Shown here: positions 1-12,335 of the stretch, piece after piece | Numbering within the stretch: position 1 is the stretch's first letter | How the letters are laid out: each line of letters starts with the position of its first letter | DNA from: Marsupella aquatica | Taxonomy: Eukaryota; Plantae; Marchantiophyta | Assembly (NCBI GenBank): GCA_973895155.1 | Contig: OZ316898.1 | Span: 12,675,659-12,739,658, forward strand | Direction of reading: 5' to 3' | DNA length: 64,000 nt | Position numbers and translations under genes: made by a program | The notes under the pieces: model-generated | Database searches by the model: none | What the model was told of the DNA's origin: nothing | Seen by the model: the letters and a program-made list of their open reading frames with translations, nothing else

Positions 1-2325
1 CCCACAACATAGCCTGATTCATCACCAGCTTCGTCACCCTTGCCGTAAATTGGCAGCGATTCGCAAATTACACCATTCTGGAGCATCAGTGAGACACTAT
101 CTGTTAGCTAATGCTTCAATGTTACACATCCAGGTCCGAATCACATTCAAAATCCACTCGTCCAGATATCCAGCACAAGCTTTCAGAATTGGTTATTATA
201 AGGTAGTAATAAATGACCTCGATTCCGTAACTAGACCCATTGGAATACGAGGCTACCTGCATTTGAAAAGAATACCTTATCATATAGTATACCACCCATG
301 CCTCCAGCATGTTGATGCAAAATTGCCTGAATGATATCCCCACCAACTGGCAGAGCTGCAATCGAGTGGCGGCGATCAATGCAACTGATACTCGACTCCT
401 TGTTGCACTCTGGCACGTCGTACTCAGTCTGCTCACACATTCCAGCGAAGAAGTTATACTCGCCACCATTGCTAGAAGAGCACATATGCTGGCCTCAGCT
501 CACAACCAATTAACCATTCCAATTACCAGAAGGAACCCAAACGGTACACACTTCCAATATTGACAGTCCGTGGCGTAGGAGAAAGCGGAGCCACATTTCT
601 AGTCCTCTTCGGTAATGCAAAACCTTAGCAATCGTTCAGGCAGTTAGACAAAATGGCAAGGTCCCACACCCACATCAGAACTTTTGCAAGATACGTTAGT
701 TCACTAGGAACAAACCCTGACAACTGTCCGGTTCATAACCATAAGATCCAACTAAAGAGACAAGAGAGAACCTCACCTTGCACATTGGCTTTTCAAACAA
801 CGAAGTCCTGGGGTCAGTAATATCAATGAAGTAGGTCCTCACAGGGGCAATCGTCGCGCCCCATTCCACCCATGTTACTACGTACTTCAGATACAGCTTC
901 CTGCTTGGGAGAGCGGCGTTCTCCTTCACAGCGCACTGGGTCTTATCGTAACAACAGCGCAAGCCTCCCCTGTATCCTGGTGGTAGAGGAAGTCCTCCGG
1001 AGTCCGTGGTCACTCCATAAGCCTCACATAAACATTCCAAACAGCTGGCGACATGACAGATCTCATTGTTAAACAGCATATTATCAATTGATGATATATT
1101 CCGAATTGAAGTAACTATTGTGGTATTGATACGAAGCGAACTAGCTGAAGAAATTTCGAAAGCACTTCAAGCCGCTGATAAGATCAAATTTGGTACCCAG
1201 CGTTTTCAGTTCTAAGATCTTAATCCGGACGACGCTGGTACCTGGTTGCATCCACGACTCCGCGTGTATCAATGGCGTGCACATTGAGGTACCACGCTTC
1301 CTCGTATCCTTCGGGAATTGCTGCTAGATTCCCTGTTTCAACAGCGTAGGGAGCAGGAAGGCTTCCGTCGGTGCGCCTGGTCTCCGACCCCACGGCATAG
1401 AAACGTGTGTTCTCATTGTCAGTGCAAGTTCCCTGCCTCGTCTCCTGCATTGATTCGATTGCTATCAGCAGGCAAAATCAACTCCAAATCATTGTGCCCT
1501 TAAAACCTCCCTACTGTGTCCATATCGTGCACACTTCTCTAATCACTTTGAATTCGGTCTTGTCGCGTGCAGTCAGCTATTAAGGACTCTTCATGAATAT
1601 TGACAAGACAAATAAAACTCACCGCTGACCTGCTTCACATCAGCCCCTTCCTGGAACTGCATTCGATGTAAATGACCTTCGTGCATGTTGAACACTGCTG
1701 TTGGATCAATAATGTTTTTCGGGCTCGAGCTCACGAGCTCTTTGTGACCCTTTTTCACGAAAACCTTGTTTACCGTCCAGTGATGCAGATACACCTCATA
1801 CAAAGGAACTGAGATTCCGTTCTCATCGACCACCTAAGAAATGAAAGGCCAACCAAGGATTGAACCAATCAACAGCCTGAGCTCACTACTAAGAATAAGT
1901 TTGGCGGGTACGAATTTAGACAACCTTTCATCGTCCCGTCGATGCTCAAGTTCACAATCCACCAATAGCTGGTACGCTTTGAATGACTATTTATCTTCAA
2001 TTAGGAATGTTGGTGACATTGACCTGTGTCACCAACTACTTAACTTCGATATGCTGCTACCATAAGAGTCCAATCGCAAGCCCGTCAAAGGAGACAATAT
2101 GAGGTCATCATGACAATGTTTTCAAACCTCTGCATAAAAGTTGCGCAAGCCGATGTGGCCCTCAGGCATCTCAAGCAGCTTATAACTATCCACCACATCC
2201 CCTGAGCCCAGCTCAAACGCCGGTGAAAGATAAGTTGTCGTGTGAACCACTTCTGCCACTATGACGGACAACAGCGAAAGGCATGCCACAAGGGCTAATG
2301 CCCATAGATTGCTCAAGATCCTCAT
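1..2325 (-). CDS. SURNod19 (stress up-regulated Nod19)-family secreted protein, copy 1; 3' end lies outside the window
   Basis: GT-AG exons 2325-2128, 1833-1630, 1444-1242, 1044-777, 428-276 and 77-<1 have consistent phases. Hydrophobic N-terminus (MRILSNLWALALVACLSLLSVIVA). Family motifs YLHHW, GSETR, LNVHAIDTRG, CLECLC, YRGGLRCCYD, LHQHAGG, YGKGDEAGDESGYVVG. Confidence 0.88.
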
Positions 2326-2865
2326 GTCTCCCCACCTACAATGGAAACACAAAACAAAACAAAACAAAACAATACCAACAGAAGTTGTGCGCAGTGAATA
2401 GAATGCCCCTTGTATACCCCAGGATTTGCTGGCATAAAGCGTGACGCATTCAATTGGCTATGGGTCCGAAATCGGGTACATTCACCAATAGTGCTTTCAA
2501 TCCGAGTGGAAGAATGGACTAAATACGTCCATCGACTGGATGGATCGCAGAGTGCAACGACCTCCACAGACTAAAATTGATCAAGATTAAAACCCTTTCC
2601 AATTGAAGTGATTCTCGTCTTTGTTAGGCCCATTCGGTTTTCAATTGAAGCGAACTTACAGGGTCTTACTCTCGACAGGAGCCTGCAGCTACCATTACTG
2701 GGGCCCGGAACAGTCGATCCAAGTCGTTCCCGGTTTTCAGGTTTCCTTTCGAATGAGCGCTTTGCCTATCGAGCAATCTGAGCAATAATGCGTCGTACAT
2801 GTGAGACATGCGAAGCAACTGGGTCCAGGCTTCTTTCGCTTTTCCTTCGTGATGAACCTCTATGA

Positions 2866-4610
2866 CCCGGTTTTGTAGTTACTTGCAAGTTGCTGAGTTT
2901 GCCTGCACGTAAACTCCTCATTTGCAGGACAAAAATGGCTATATTTGCTGGATATTCTCAATTATTCCCCGGCCAGGCCCAAACCATTCCCCGGCGTGCC
3001 GAATCGTTTCGGCAGTGAGACCAGTAGGGCGTCTCAACCCTGCGCGTTCTAGGACTCCTTCCGGTCACCCGGATGTCTCTGGTCGCCGCCCGATATTGAA
3101 CACCGGTACCCAAAATCGGGTCCCAAAAAACTGGGGGTCTGAACTTTACCTCACACCTAAAAGGAGCCCCGGCACGGGTTAGACCTGGGTGTTTCCAAAG
3201 CAAAATTGTAACCAAAAAAACCCGGTAAAAACTTTCCGGTCACCAAATCGGTGGGCCGACCACCTGATCCGGGCGGCCCGCGACTGTGAAATCCCGGGTG
3301 CCATTCGGAATTCCAAATGCTTAAATTTGAGACGCCCTAGTAATGAGGAGAGTCGGTTGGTGTTCCGGTTCAGTTCAGTTACAAAGAGGGTAGTGTCGAA
3401 CCGTTCCGGCACTAAGATTACCTTTTGACTGGCGATTGGTGTTTTGTTTCCATTGAGTTGCAAGTGCCGAGGAGTCGAATAGTTTCGGCTTGGAGCTTGA
3501 CTCTGAGTGATGATTGGTGTTCCGTTTTTGATGAGTACATTTCGGGCATGCGAAAGCTGAGGAGTTGGAAGTTGGAAGCGAATGGAGTGTGAAGGGCTGA
3601 TGGTTCGTCTTTGGGCAACCAAGAGTCCGACTCTTGAGTTTTGAACCCGCCCGGCGGTGGCTTGTCGGGCGGGGATGGTGTTTCTGAGGCATACTTAAGG
3701 CCTGGGCTTTGGCTCAGTCCAAGGGAGTCAATAATTTTTGGAGATTTGGATTGGGAATTGAGGTGTTACCAATGGTGAGCCAGCAAGCTCGAGTTTTGGA
3801 CTGTTGGCGATGTAACCTGATAGATTTCGAGTAGCTAGGATGGAACTTCTGAGCTTAAGCACTTGAGGAATTGGATTTTCGTGGATTTTCGACTTGATAG
3901 CTTTCAAGAGGACAATAACTCCATGGAAGATAGATAGTGGCCCGCCGCAGGGCTAGACATCAGGCTTTCATGAGTGACCCGCTCGAGGGGATCTATTGTA
4001 TTGATCACGAAGCTTTCAGAAAATAAAGTGTTTGAGTTCGGGCCCCGAATTGTGTTCATCACTTGTCTCTATCGCAGCCAGAAACAGTCCGTTTTCCTGA
4101 GGTGACCTCTACATTCAGTCCAGGCGACACTGGCCAACACCCGGCCTCATCCCTGACCCTGCAACCCTACGCCTCCCCGGACCTGGCCCTGCCCCGTACC
4201 CGGCCTCCTCCCTGCCGGCCCGGCCCAGCCTGGCCTCCTCCCCTCCTCCCCCCTCCCAAACCCCCTTCCTCCCTTCCTCCCCTCCTCCCAAACACCCCTC
4301 CTCCCGAACCCCTCCTCCCCTCCTCCCTCCTCCCCTCCTTCCTCCCAAACCCCCTCCTCAACCCTCCCAAACTCCCCCTCCCAAACTCCCCCTCCTCCAT
4401 GCCGGCCCGGGGCCGGGAGTGTGCGTAAAGGGGGGATCGAGACTGGGGGATGGGGACCGGTGGGGGGGGGGGGCGGGAGTTCAACTCGGGCCGGGGGGAG
4501 GGGGGTGAAGTGAGGAACTCAGGCCAGGGCCGGGATGGGGACAGTCCGTGTGCCGACTTGCCTGTTGACGGCCTCTAAAGGCTCTATTTGCCGGGCAAGT
4601 CCAAACCGGG
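2866..4610. mobile_element. Non-autonomous TIR DNA transposon, element A (1745 bp)
   Basis: Termini CCCGGTTTTG...CAAACCGGG are flanked by a perfect 8-bp direct repeat CTCTATGA (2858-2865 and 4611-4618). No transposase ORF. Confidence 0.82.
4190..4510. repeat. C-rich then G-rich low-complexity tract inside element A
   Basis: CCTCC/CCCAAA runs at about 4236-4397 are followed by G runs at about 4428-4505. This tract produces spurious Pro-rich and Gly-rich ORFs. Confidence 0.85.
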
Positions 4611-4659
4611 CTCTATGAAAGCTCTGCAAAGCGGGGTATGTGAAACAATTCTGGATAGA

Positions 4660-4880
4660 TTTGGACTTTTCCGGGCAGATATTCTGTATGATAATGATGA
4701 TTTGGACTGGGGTTCTAGTTTGAAATCATGTATGATAATGATGATTTGATATAGTTTGAAACCTGTTCTCACAAAGCTCAGGAAAACTTTCCGGCTACTG
4801 CCCATCAGTATTTTTTCACTTTCTGGTCACAGGGTTACAGACTAGTAACCCAGACCAGACCGTCATTACCCTATACATGC
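4660..4880. repeat. Dispersed repeat; inverted homolog at about 45388-45580
   Basis: AAACCTGTTCTCACAAAGCTCAG and ACTAGTAACCC-CAGACC..CATTACCCTATACAT match the reverse complement of 45388-45505. Confidence 0.7.
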
Positions 4881-5001
4881 AGGCCCCACACACGCTCTTC
4901 TCCAAGTCGTTCCAGGTTGCCGCAATGACGAGGAGCTGTGACAGACCGAGGCACTGATTCAAAAGGCAATCCGCATCCTTGCTAAGAGTCACCAGTCTCC
5001 G

Positions 5002-5264
5002 TTTTGGGGTTGGCCAGAGGATGAGCCTAGAACCAAGAGGTCCCAGGTTCAATCCTCCCTCTACACACGCATGGGTGCGGAGGGTATGACTGTGTGTGGG
5101 TGGGGTGTAGTGGTGGGAGTATCCTCTCTCCCTCCTGGTCTGGGTCCCTATCGGATCCATGGGTATCGTCCCCGTGTGGCTGCTCTACATGGAAATGCAT
5201 GTTCCAGAGCAGGACGTCTATCCTCTGTTGGATGGGCCTGATTTTGGTTTTCAAGGCAAAAAAA
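5002..5264 (+). mobile_element. tRNA-derived SINE, copy 1
   Basis: B-box GGTTCAATCC at 5046-5055 and an oligo-A tail. TSD AAGAGTCACCAG(T/C)CTCCG at 4984-5001 and 5265-5282. Confidence 0.85.
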
Positions 5265-6111
5265 AAGAGTCACCAGCCTCCGCCATAGGATTGCACTCTG
5301 GCTGAAGTGCCAAACTAGTGGGGCAGCTGCTTGCGGGAGCCTTGATACCGCACTCACACAACAGAGAGAGGGTGCATGGAGTACAATACAGAATGCTCGC
5401 GCAAGTGTGATCGAGATCTGCAATTGTGCACCTTTCTAGAGGCATATGCTTGATGGGACCTGCCCAAACAAACTTACATGATAGGCCCTTATGAAACTTT
5501 TCTTAAAAACTAGGCCCTTATGAAAACTTTGTTACAAACTAGTCCCCTCTCACACTTTTGCACTAAATGTTCCTGTAAAGTTTGGATAAGGAGTTTTGCT
5601 TAATCACGCATTTTGGTGGTCCATCAAGTGTATCTCTGTTTCCTAGATTCATTGTTTAATCATAATTATATTGCACAGCCAAAAAGACAAAATTGTCAAA
5701 CTGCAAGAGAGAATCTCACAGGTGAAAGACCCAATTAAATGAGGGACAAGGGAAAGACCCTGAGAGGACCAATGAGGGCCAAAAAGCCTAGGAGTCCCCC
5801 ACAACTTACAGCAAAGAGTGCACCAAGAAGAGAAGAACTAAAACCCTAGTGGACAGAAAACTGAAAAGCATGGTAAAGCTCCAAAATAAACCACAGGGGA
5901 GGGTTGTGAAGGGGAATCTCCTAAAGCCAACTTACTTGGCTCTACAAAGAATGGTGAAAGCCTGAGCCCTCTAAAGTGTAACCAATGTCCTCTTTCTAAA
6001 GAAGGCCGTGAGGACTGAAACAGGAGGTAGGGTTTCCAAATTTTCATTTCAATAGAGAGGTCTTATCCGCCTCTCTCTACTGCAACTCGCATCTCTACTG
6101 TAGTGCAACTC

Positions 6112-6550
6112 ACACCCACAGGATATCCAATTTACTACTAACTATATATGTTCTTACATTCATTACTTAATTCTGCTTCTCTCAAACTTGCATTTTAATT
6201 GAGCTCAGATTTATCCACCTCTCAAGTCTCCAATGTGATGATTGTTGTAAGGAAAATGAGAATAGAGTCCAGAGATGAATGCAGGCAAACAAGACATTGA
6301 GTTGACAAATGTCAGGTGCATAACATAGTAACAAAGTTCACTTGATCTCTGTCAGCACCATATCCACAACAAAAAGGGAACAAAAAACTAAGGACCCCCC
6401 AAAATAGCCCAAAAGTCTAATACACCTATGCATCCGCAGTGAAACACGAGCATGTCTCAATAGGAGGGTAAGTCTAAATATTTTCACTCAAGCTGAGCCC
6501 ATTGGTTGGGTAGACTCGACGGAAATTTTGCACCATGTTTCTTGTCCATC
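6112..6550. repeat. Duplication block X1 (paralog X2 at about 17261-17627), upstream of each SURNod19 copy
   Basis: Shared colinear words ACCCACAGGATATCCAATTT, CTTACATTCATTACTTAATTCTGCTTC, TTATCCACCTCTC, TCAAGCTGAGCCCAT and GCACCATGTTTCT. Confidence 0.8.
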
Positions 6551-7454
6551 ATTGGCCGAATTTGTTGTATGGGCCCCCAAAAAAGGGGCCCCAAAATACT
6601 TTGTCTGCAATAATATTATGGAATGCAATATTGGATTCCTATCCTGTTCCACTTGTTGTCAATGAAGAGACCCAGGCAGAAGGACCCCAAATGTATTGTA
6701 TTGCATATATACATAGTATTCAGGGTGAAATCATGATGACTTTTGTGAGAAGAGGAAAACACACATTGCTGAACAAAAATTAATGAGGGGAACATCAAAT
6801 TCTTTTGTTTTTATTTCTGGAGAGGGCTTCATTACATAATTATGTTCTTTTGATTTTTCTGACTGTTTTTTTGGGAGAGGAAATGGGCACTGGTGTACTT
6901 TTAATGTGATTGGTTTAAAACCTGTTTCTCCTTTTTTGGGTGGCCCGGGGTGGAAGATTAAGGGTGTTCTGGGGAAGGGACACAAAAAGACTGGGGAGGG
7001 GCCTTTTTAAAACTTTCCCTCCTTCTGGGGTGGGCCGGGGTGGAGGATAAAGGGTATTTTAAGGGGACCAACACAAAGGACTCCGGTATGACACTGGTTA
7101 TTAACAACATCTTTTAGTGGGATGGTTTTTTGGTGTATCTGTTAAGGAATAAATATAAGTATTAAAAGATGATACTTTCCAAGTCAAGTCCTGTGAACCA
7201 CACCACACAGGTAAGAGTTTGTGTCTCAACAAGTCCCAAGGATCATTTTCTGTAACCAAATGACCCTTATGAGTTGAAATTAAACAACATTGACTGTAAT
7301 TGTTCTATTTTATTTGTCTTCCATATCTGTCTGCCAAATCTCGTGAAGCAATTTATCCCATAAACATTTTATCCTCTTGCTTGCTGCTCTTATTGCAAAC
7401 TCACTCTTAACCCTTTCACGGGCCCCTTCACACATGGTTCTTGTCACATATGTC

Positions 7455-7738
7455 CTCGGGGGGTTAACTAAGTGTATATTTTGGGGTACCACGTGCGATC
7501 CGAGCCTAATATAAATAGACCTATTTTATAAAGAAAATATCCCAAAAATATTCTCTATTTTAATATTAATAACCTATTTTACTTTATAAAAATTATATAT
7601 TAGAGAATATTCTATGAACATGAGTTTATAATACCTCCTTTTGCCTCCTACATTTTTTAAAAATTTAGTTAATTCATATCAAAAATACATATTTTGGATC
7701 GCACGTGGTTCCCAAGATTTTTTATAGTCAACCCCAAG
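7455..7738. mobile_element. MITE (284 bp) with about 45-bp imperfect TIRs
   Basis: Left end CTCGGGGGGTTAACTA...GGTACCACGTGCGATCC; right end GGATCGCACGTGGTTCCC...TAGTCAACCCCAAG. AT-rich core. 8-bp TSD CATATGTC/CGTATGTC with one mismatch. Confidence 0.8.
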
Positions 7739-7815
7739 CGTATGTCCCTCGTAAAGCTTCTTGCCACATATGTCACTCATAAAGCGCGATGCAAAGTTAC
7801 TTTCCAGGGCTACAA

Positions 7816-7926
7816 TCTAGACTGAAAGCTCTAGGTCACCTAAACCACAACTGCACCTATAAATGGGCTTTCTAGACTGAAACCTCTAGGTCACCTAAAC
7901 CACAACTGCACCTATAAAGGGGCTTT
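7816..7926. repeat. 55-bp tandem repeat, 2 copies plus a partial third downstream
   Basis: TCTAGACTGAAA(G/C)CTCTAGGTCACCTAAACCACAACTGCACCTATAAA(T/G)GGGCTTT starts at 7816 and 7871. Confidence 0.85.
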
Positions 7927-8019
7927 CCAAGGTTACACTCAAAACCTAAACCTCTACAGTAGGTAGCCCACACCATAACTGCACCTATGAAGGGTATGGG
8001 TTACAGTAGCTCTCAGAAA

Positions 8020-11000
8020 CCTGGTTTGGACTTGTCTGACAAATGAGGGGTCTGGACCCCAACATCCGACACGTTGTTAGGTATTTACTCAAGGTCTAGG
8101 GTTACGACATGTAACCATAGTTAGACTAATCGTAGTCGGAGACGTGGTTAGGTTAACTAGGATGCATACTATATGCCAAGTGGTGTTTGCTTGGATAAGT
8201 GGAACTTAGGCTCATTGTTATGGAGCCACTTGAGAGATGAGGAGAGCTTACACTGTGGAGACTTGGTATGGCCGACGGGCTTAGAGTTCAGTAAAGCTCT
8301 CTTGTGTGTTCCTGTGGACGTAGCCTCAAGGAGGTGAACCACGTATCTCGGTGTCGACTATTGTGCGTTGGATGGTTCATGGGCTTGCCGTTGCAATCGT
8401 CGTCTATGCTCAACACACGTGTCATACCCAGTCGGCCCACACCCCGCCCCGACCCAGCCTAGCTCGGTGTCGTCGGGAAAAAGAGTTTTTGAGTGAAGAA
8501 GGGTATGCTGATTTGGGTAGACTTGCCTTGGATTCAAATTTGTTGATTGGTTTACTCTGGTTGGGGAGAAAATGGTGTAAGACAAGTTTAAGCTTGAGAG
8601 ATAAAGAAAAAAGAAGAATAAAAGAAGGCAAATGTTAGCAAGGGTTAAAAGAGTTTTTTTAAGGTTTAACCTGGTAGCGACATGTGGCAAGGTGTGAGCA
8701 CCTGGACCATAAGTGGCAGTTTTTCAAGCTAAACGCGCTTGCTGTTTGAGGGGAGTAGTGAATGGAGTGGCGGCAAAAAAAAATTTGGGGGGGGGGGGGG
8801 GGTTTGCTGTTGAATTTGTTTCTGTAAGATCCGTGGAGTAGATAGAGTGCTAGAAAGCAGAGGGCGAGGGCGTTAATGAAGATTTTTAGCTGATAGAAAC
8901 GGAAGAATGAGTTGAGAAATTCTGTGTACGAGAATCGAAGGAAGGGAACTTTTGTGTGGAGTTTTGGAGTGGACAGTGTGTAAAAAGAACAGAGGGCGAT
9001 GGTAGCAGGGAGTTGAAAAGTTGGAACAAGAAAAGGAAGAAATTCAATGAGCGAAGGATCGAGGCAGAACTGAAGAAAAGGACGATTCCAGCGATGGCGA
9101 GAGGCGGTTCGGAAGCGAAGAAAGGATTTGACTGAGAGTGGTGCTGAAAGTATTGACCTGAGCTAGGAAGAAGACGGCATGAGTGCAATTCCAGGGAAAC
9201 AGCGGAGGAGAGGAATTGTCGAGAAAAGAGACAAATGCGGGGAGGGGAAAAGAGAGATGGCCATGGAGTACTGGATGGAAAAGTATTTTTCTCTAGTAAG
9301 GAAACCGGGTGATGCTGGTGAACGATGTTGAAGTTTGAGAGTTTTTTTTTGATGAAGTTAAGAGCCAGGAAAGATTTACAGAAGAACACAACAGTGAGGT
9401 GGAGTTTGATTAATTGAAATTGAGAGGAACAGTGTGAGTTATTGGGGGCCGTGTACGCTCATTCGTGAGTTTTGAGTGAGAAGAGTGTAAATTCGTGTGC
9501 TGGGGAGACTAGAGACAACGGAAACTAAGGAGTGAATCAAGTTTGATGTGAAGAAAGGAAGAAAAACCGAGGAACAAATGCTATGGAGAATTGCAGGATA
9601 CATTAAAACCAGGAGAAAGAAAACACGGAAGAGAAGAATCAATTGAACTGGAGAAAACAGAGCTGCGGCTATGAAGCTCGGGGGAAAAGGCCTATGTGTG
9701 GATAAGAAGGAAATGAAAACTAGAAAATGAATAGATTCTTCTGAACAAAGTGTGACTCGAGTGCACGAAGCAAACAGGGAGATGATTCATAGGAACTGAG
9801 AATGAACGTGTTTTGTGTGTGGAAGAGGCGAGCTTGAGTAATGGGCTTGGAGGAAGGAATGCGATGCACTTGGCAGAGAAACAAGTATGATTAAAGGTTG
9901 ATACTTTCAAGCTAGAAAGGTTGGGAGTTTAAAAGTGATGGGTACTGTGCGAATTCAATAATGTTTTACAATTCGGCTCAGAAAGGATAATTGGGACCTT
10001 ATGAAAATATTCTACACTAAACTAACTAAGACCAAATTATAGGGAGAAGCTAGGAAGAAGGAAAAGCCGAGAGTCTATTGCTGGAAAGGAATGCTTGTAA
10101 TACCTTAGCTTCATAAAAAGGTGAAAATATTACAACCAGCAGGAAGAGGGTTAGGGATAGGAGAAGATAAATTACTTGGTGCGTTAATTTTATTTGGAGA
10201 AAAGAAGTAGGCAGAGTAGTACAGCCTGGAGGAAGTTCTTTCACCTTTGGGATTGGGAAGTTAAACTGAAGAGACAAGAGGGAAGAAAATATGAGGAGCA
10301 TAAAGTGGATAAGGAGGATGCCAAGAAGACAGAAGAGAGGCAACAACTGAAGTTATGCAGCGATTGTCAAGGGGAAAAATAGATGACTGAAACTCGAGCT
10401 GAGAAAGAAATGAGCTGAACTAGTGACCAGGGAACATGACCAAAACTGAGGAGAAGACAGCCTAGGACTAGAGATGGTACTCGGACTTGAAAATACTTGA
10501 TATAACTAATGACCAAAACCCATTTATTAATTGAGAATAACCAAAGACAGTTGGATTTTGGAATTTTCATGAAAATAGTATGAAATGAGGATACAAGATG
10601 TTTGGAAGTTGACGAAATAAAATTAAGAAGGAAAAGCAAGCGTTAGAGTTTGGAAGGAAGAAGAAAGAAATAAAAACTAAAGTTGAATACAAATTAAAAA
10701 CACTATTATAAAGTTAGAATAAAGGAAAATAAAGTAAGAAATGAGTTTGGAGTTTAGGGTTAGGGTTGAGCTAAAAGATTAAACTTCCAAATTAAGTATT
10801 GAAAAGAATGAATAAGGAGAACATTTGATAGAAAGTGAAAGATCTACATGAATTAAGTCTATCTTATACTAATATGTGGAAATGCTAAGAAAAAGGAAGG
10901 GAAGGAAAACGACATGATGGGTCCCCAAGACTTTAGAGGCCGAAGACCTTTCCATGCCGCTTCAAACAGTTTCCCGGACACCGGCCTGACCCGGGCCGTC

Positions 11001-11113
11001 CCGGCCAGCCAGGGAATATGAGCAAATATCTGACATTTGACCCATTTTGGAGCGACAAATGACATGTTGTAGTGTCTTACAACATGACAACTTGTCTGTC
11101 AATTCAAACCGGG
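8020..11113. mobile_element. Non-autonomous or decayed TIR DNA transposon, element B (3094 bp); same family as element A, opposite orientation
   Basis: Termini CCTGGTTTGGACTTG...CAATTCAAACCGGG with a perfect 8-bp TSD CTCAGAAA (8012-8019 and 11114-11121). The left end resembles the reverse complement of element A's right end. Interior is strongly purine-skewed. Confidence 0.78.
8075..8415 (+). mobile_element. Solo LTR (copia-like), copy 1, nested in element B
   Basis: TGTT...AACA termini with 5-bp TSD CACGT. Internal TATATA-like word and GTGGACGTAG...GTGAACCACGTA motif. Confidence 0.9.
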
Positions 11114-11891
11114 CTCAGAAATACACTCTCATTAAATACACACTCCACAAAAGGTGTAGAGTGCTCCACCTTGTATGGTGACCAGTGAGTCATGGAATGA
11201 TGGAATAGAGCATGGAATGGCTTTTATAGGGGAAGGTGTGGTTTTACCCTCAATAAGGACAAAACTGTTGAAGCACTCTGAACAAAACTACACTAAGTGA
11301 ACATACATAACAAACAGATACATGGAGTGGAGAAAGTATAGATTTCCTTCTAAGATTTCTTATTTTCATTCTTATATGGGGTCAAGTAACAGGTAATCAG
11401 GGTAGTAGATAATGAATGTCGAACAGTATGGGATTGTACATATACTTTGTCCATGCGCAGTCTGCGATGTCAACGGATTTGGAGCACAGACGCCAGAGCC
11501 TGCTACTAGCGATGTCGCCTATTTAGCCTCCTCATTGTCAAGCTACTGTAATCGTTCGCGATCAAGCTAGAGGTAGGCAGACATGTCCCAGCCTACGTAA
11601 GGAGGAACATGAGGATCAACCTGTTGAGTGATGCGCCCGTGGATTGCAAAGGGAGCAATTGGGATCAGGTTGGATTCGGTTTGGCATGCAACGAGAGCTA
11701 GAGAAGGGAGGGTTGGAAACGGTCAAGTTATACGGAGTGTTCAGGTGGTATTTTGGGTGATTTGTTACTTGGACAGAAGACAGTAATGCGCTGAATGGTA
11801 TTGTGAACAAAGCACGGCCTCGAAGCCCAATTGTGACCAGTTTTAGTGGGTGGGACTGATCAGACACAATGAAAGATTGGCATAGGAATTC

Positions 11892-12200
11892 GGGGGGACT
11901 GGTAGAGAGGTTATAATTGTCCTTAGATTTCTTATAGACGAGAATAGTTCCCCGAGTGGTACGAGTACCGGCGAAGTAGGAAGTCACACTAGTTGGAAAA
12001 CTTGCGCACATTAACCATTGTTGCTCCGAGGCCCACGATAACAAGAACCCGGTTCGATACCAAGATACGCTATAATGAGGCGACTGAAATCTTCAAGGAC
12101 GCATAATCAAAGGCAAGATCCTGTATGGGGGGCTGTCATCGTTATTCTCGGTCGTGCTTGCTTTGGACAGCAATATAGGAAGTACATGTCTCGGTATAAG
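11892..12200. repeat. Duplication block Z1 (paralog Z2 at about 12852-13135); possibly a decayed coding or retroelement fragment on the - strand
   Basis: Shared words ACTGGTAGAGAGGTTATA, CTATAATGAGG and GGCAAGATCCTGTATG. Minus-strand translations share YRILPL, SW.S.QQ and YNLSTS but are frameshifted. Confidence 0.7.
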
Positions 12201-12335
12201 CCGAGAAAACATACCAAGATTATACAAAGCTTCCTCGTTGTAGCTTTGTTCAAACTTAGGCCGATTCATCCAGAAACTTACTGATGCTTGATGATACTGT
12301 TTGGTTAATAAGCTGATATAAGTTAGTCCAAATAC

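Noticed and set aside
4063-4484. Pro-rich and Gly/Arg-rich ORFs resembling extensin or glycine-rich proteins
   Set aside because: They are translations of a low-complexity tract inside a TSD-bounded transposon.
5010-5060. Possible tRNA gene (B-box present; also at about 16815)
   Set aside because: No complete cloverleaf. The A-tail and TSD identify it as a SINE head.
7816-7990. CRISPR-like repeat array (also 41305-41795)
   Set aside because: Only 2-3 head-to-tail units, no unique spacers, no cas genes, and a eukaryotic context.
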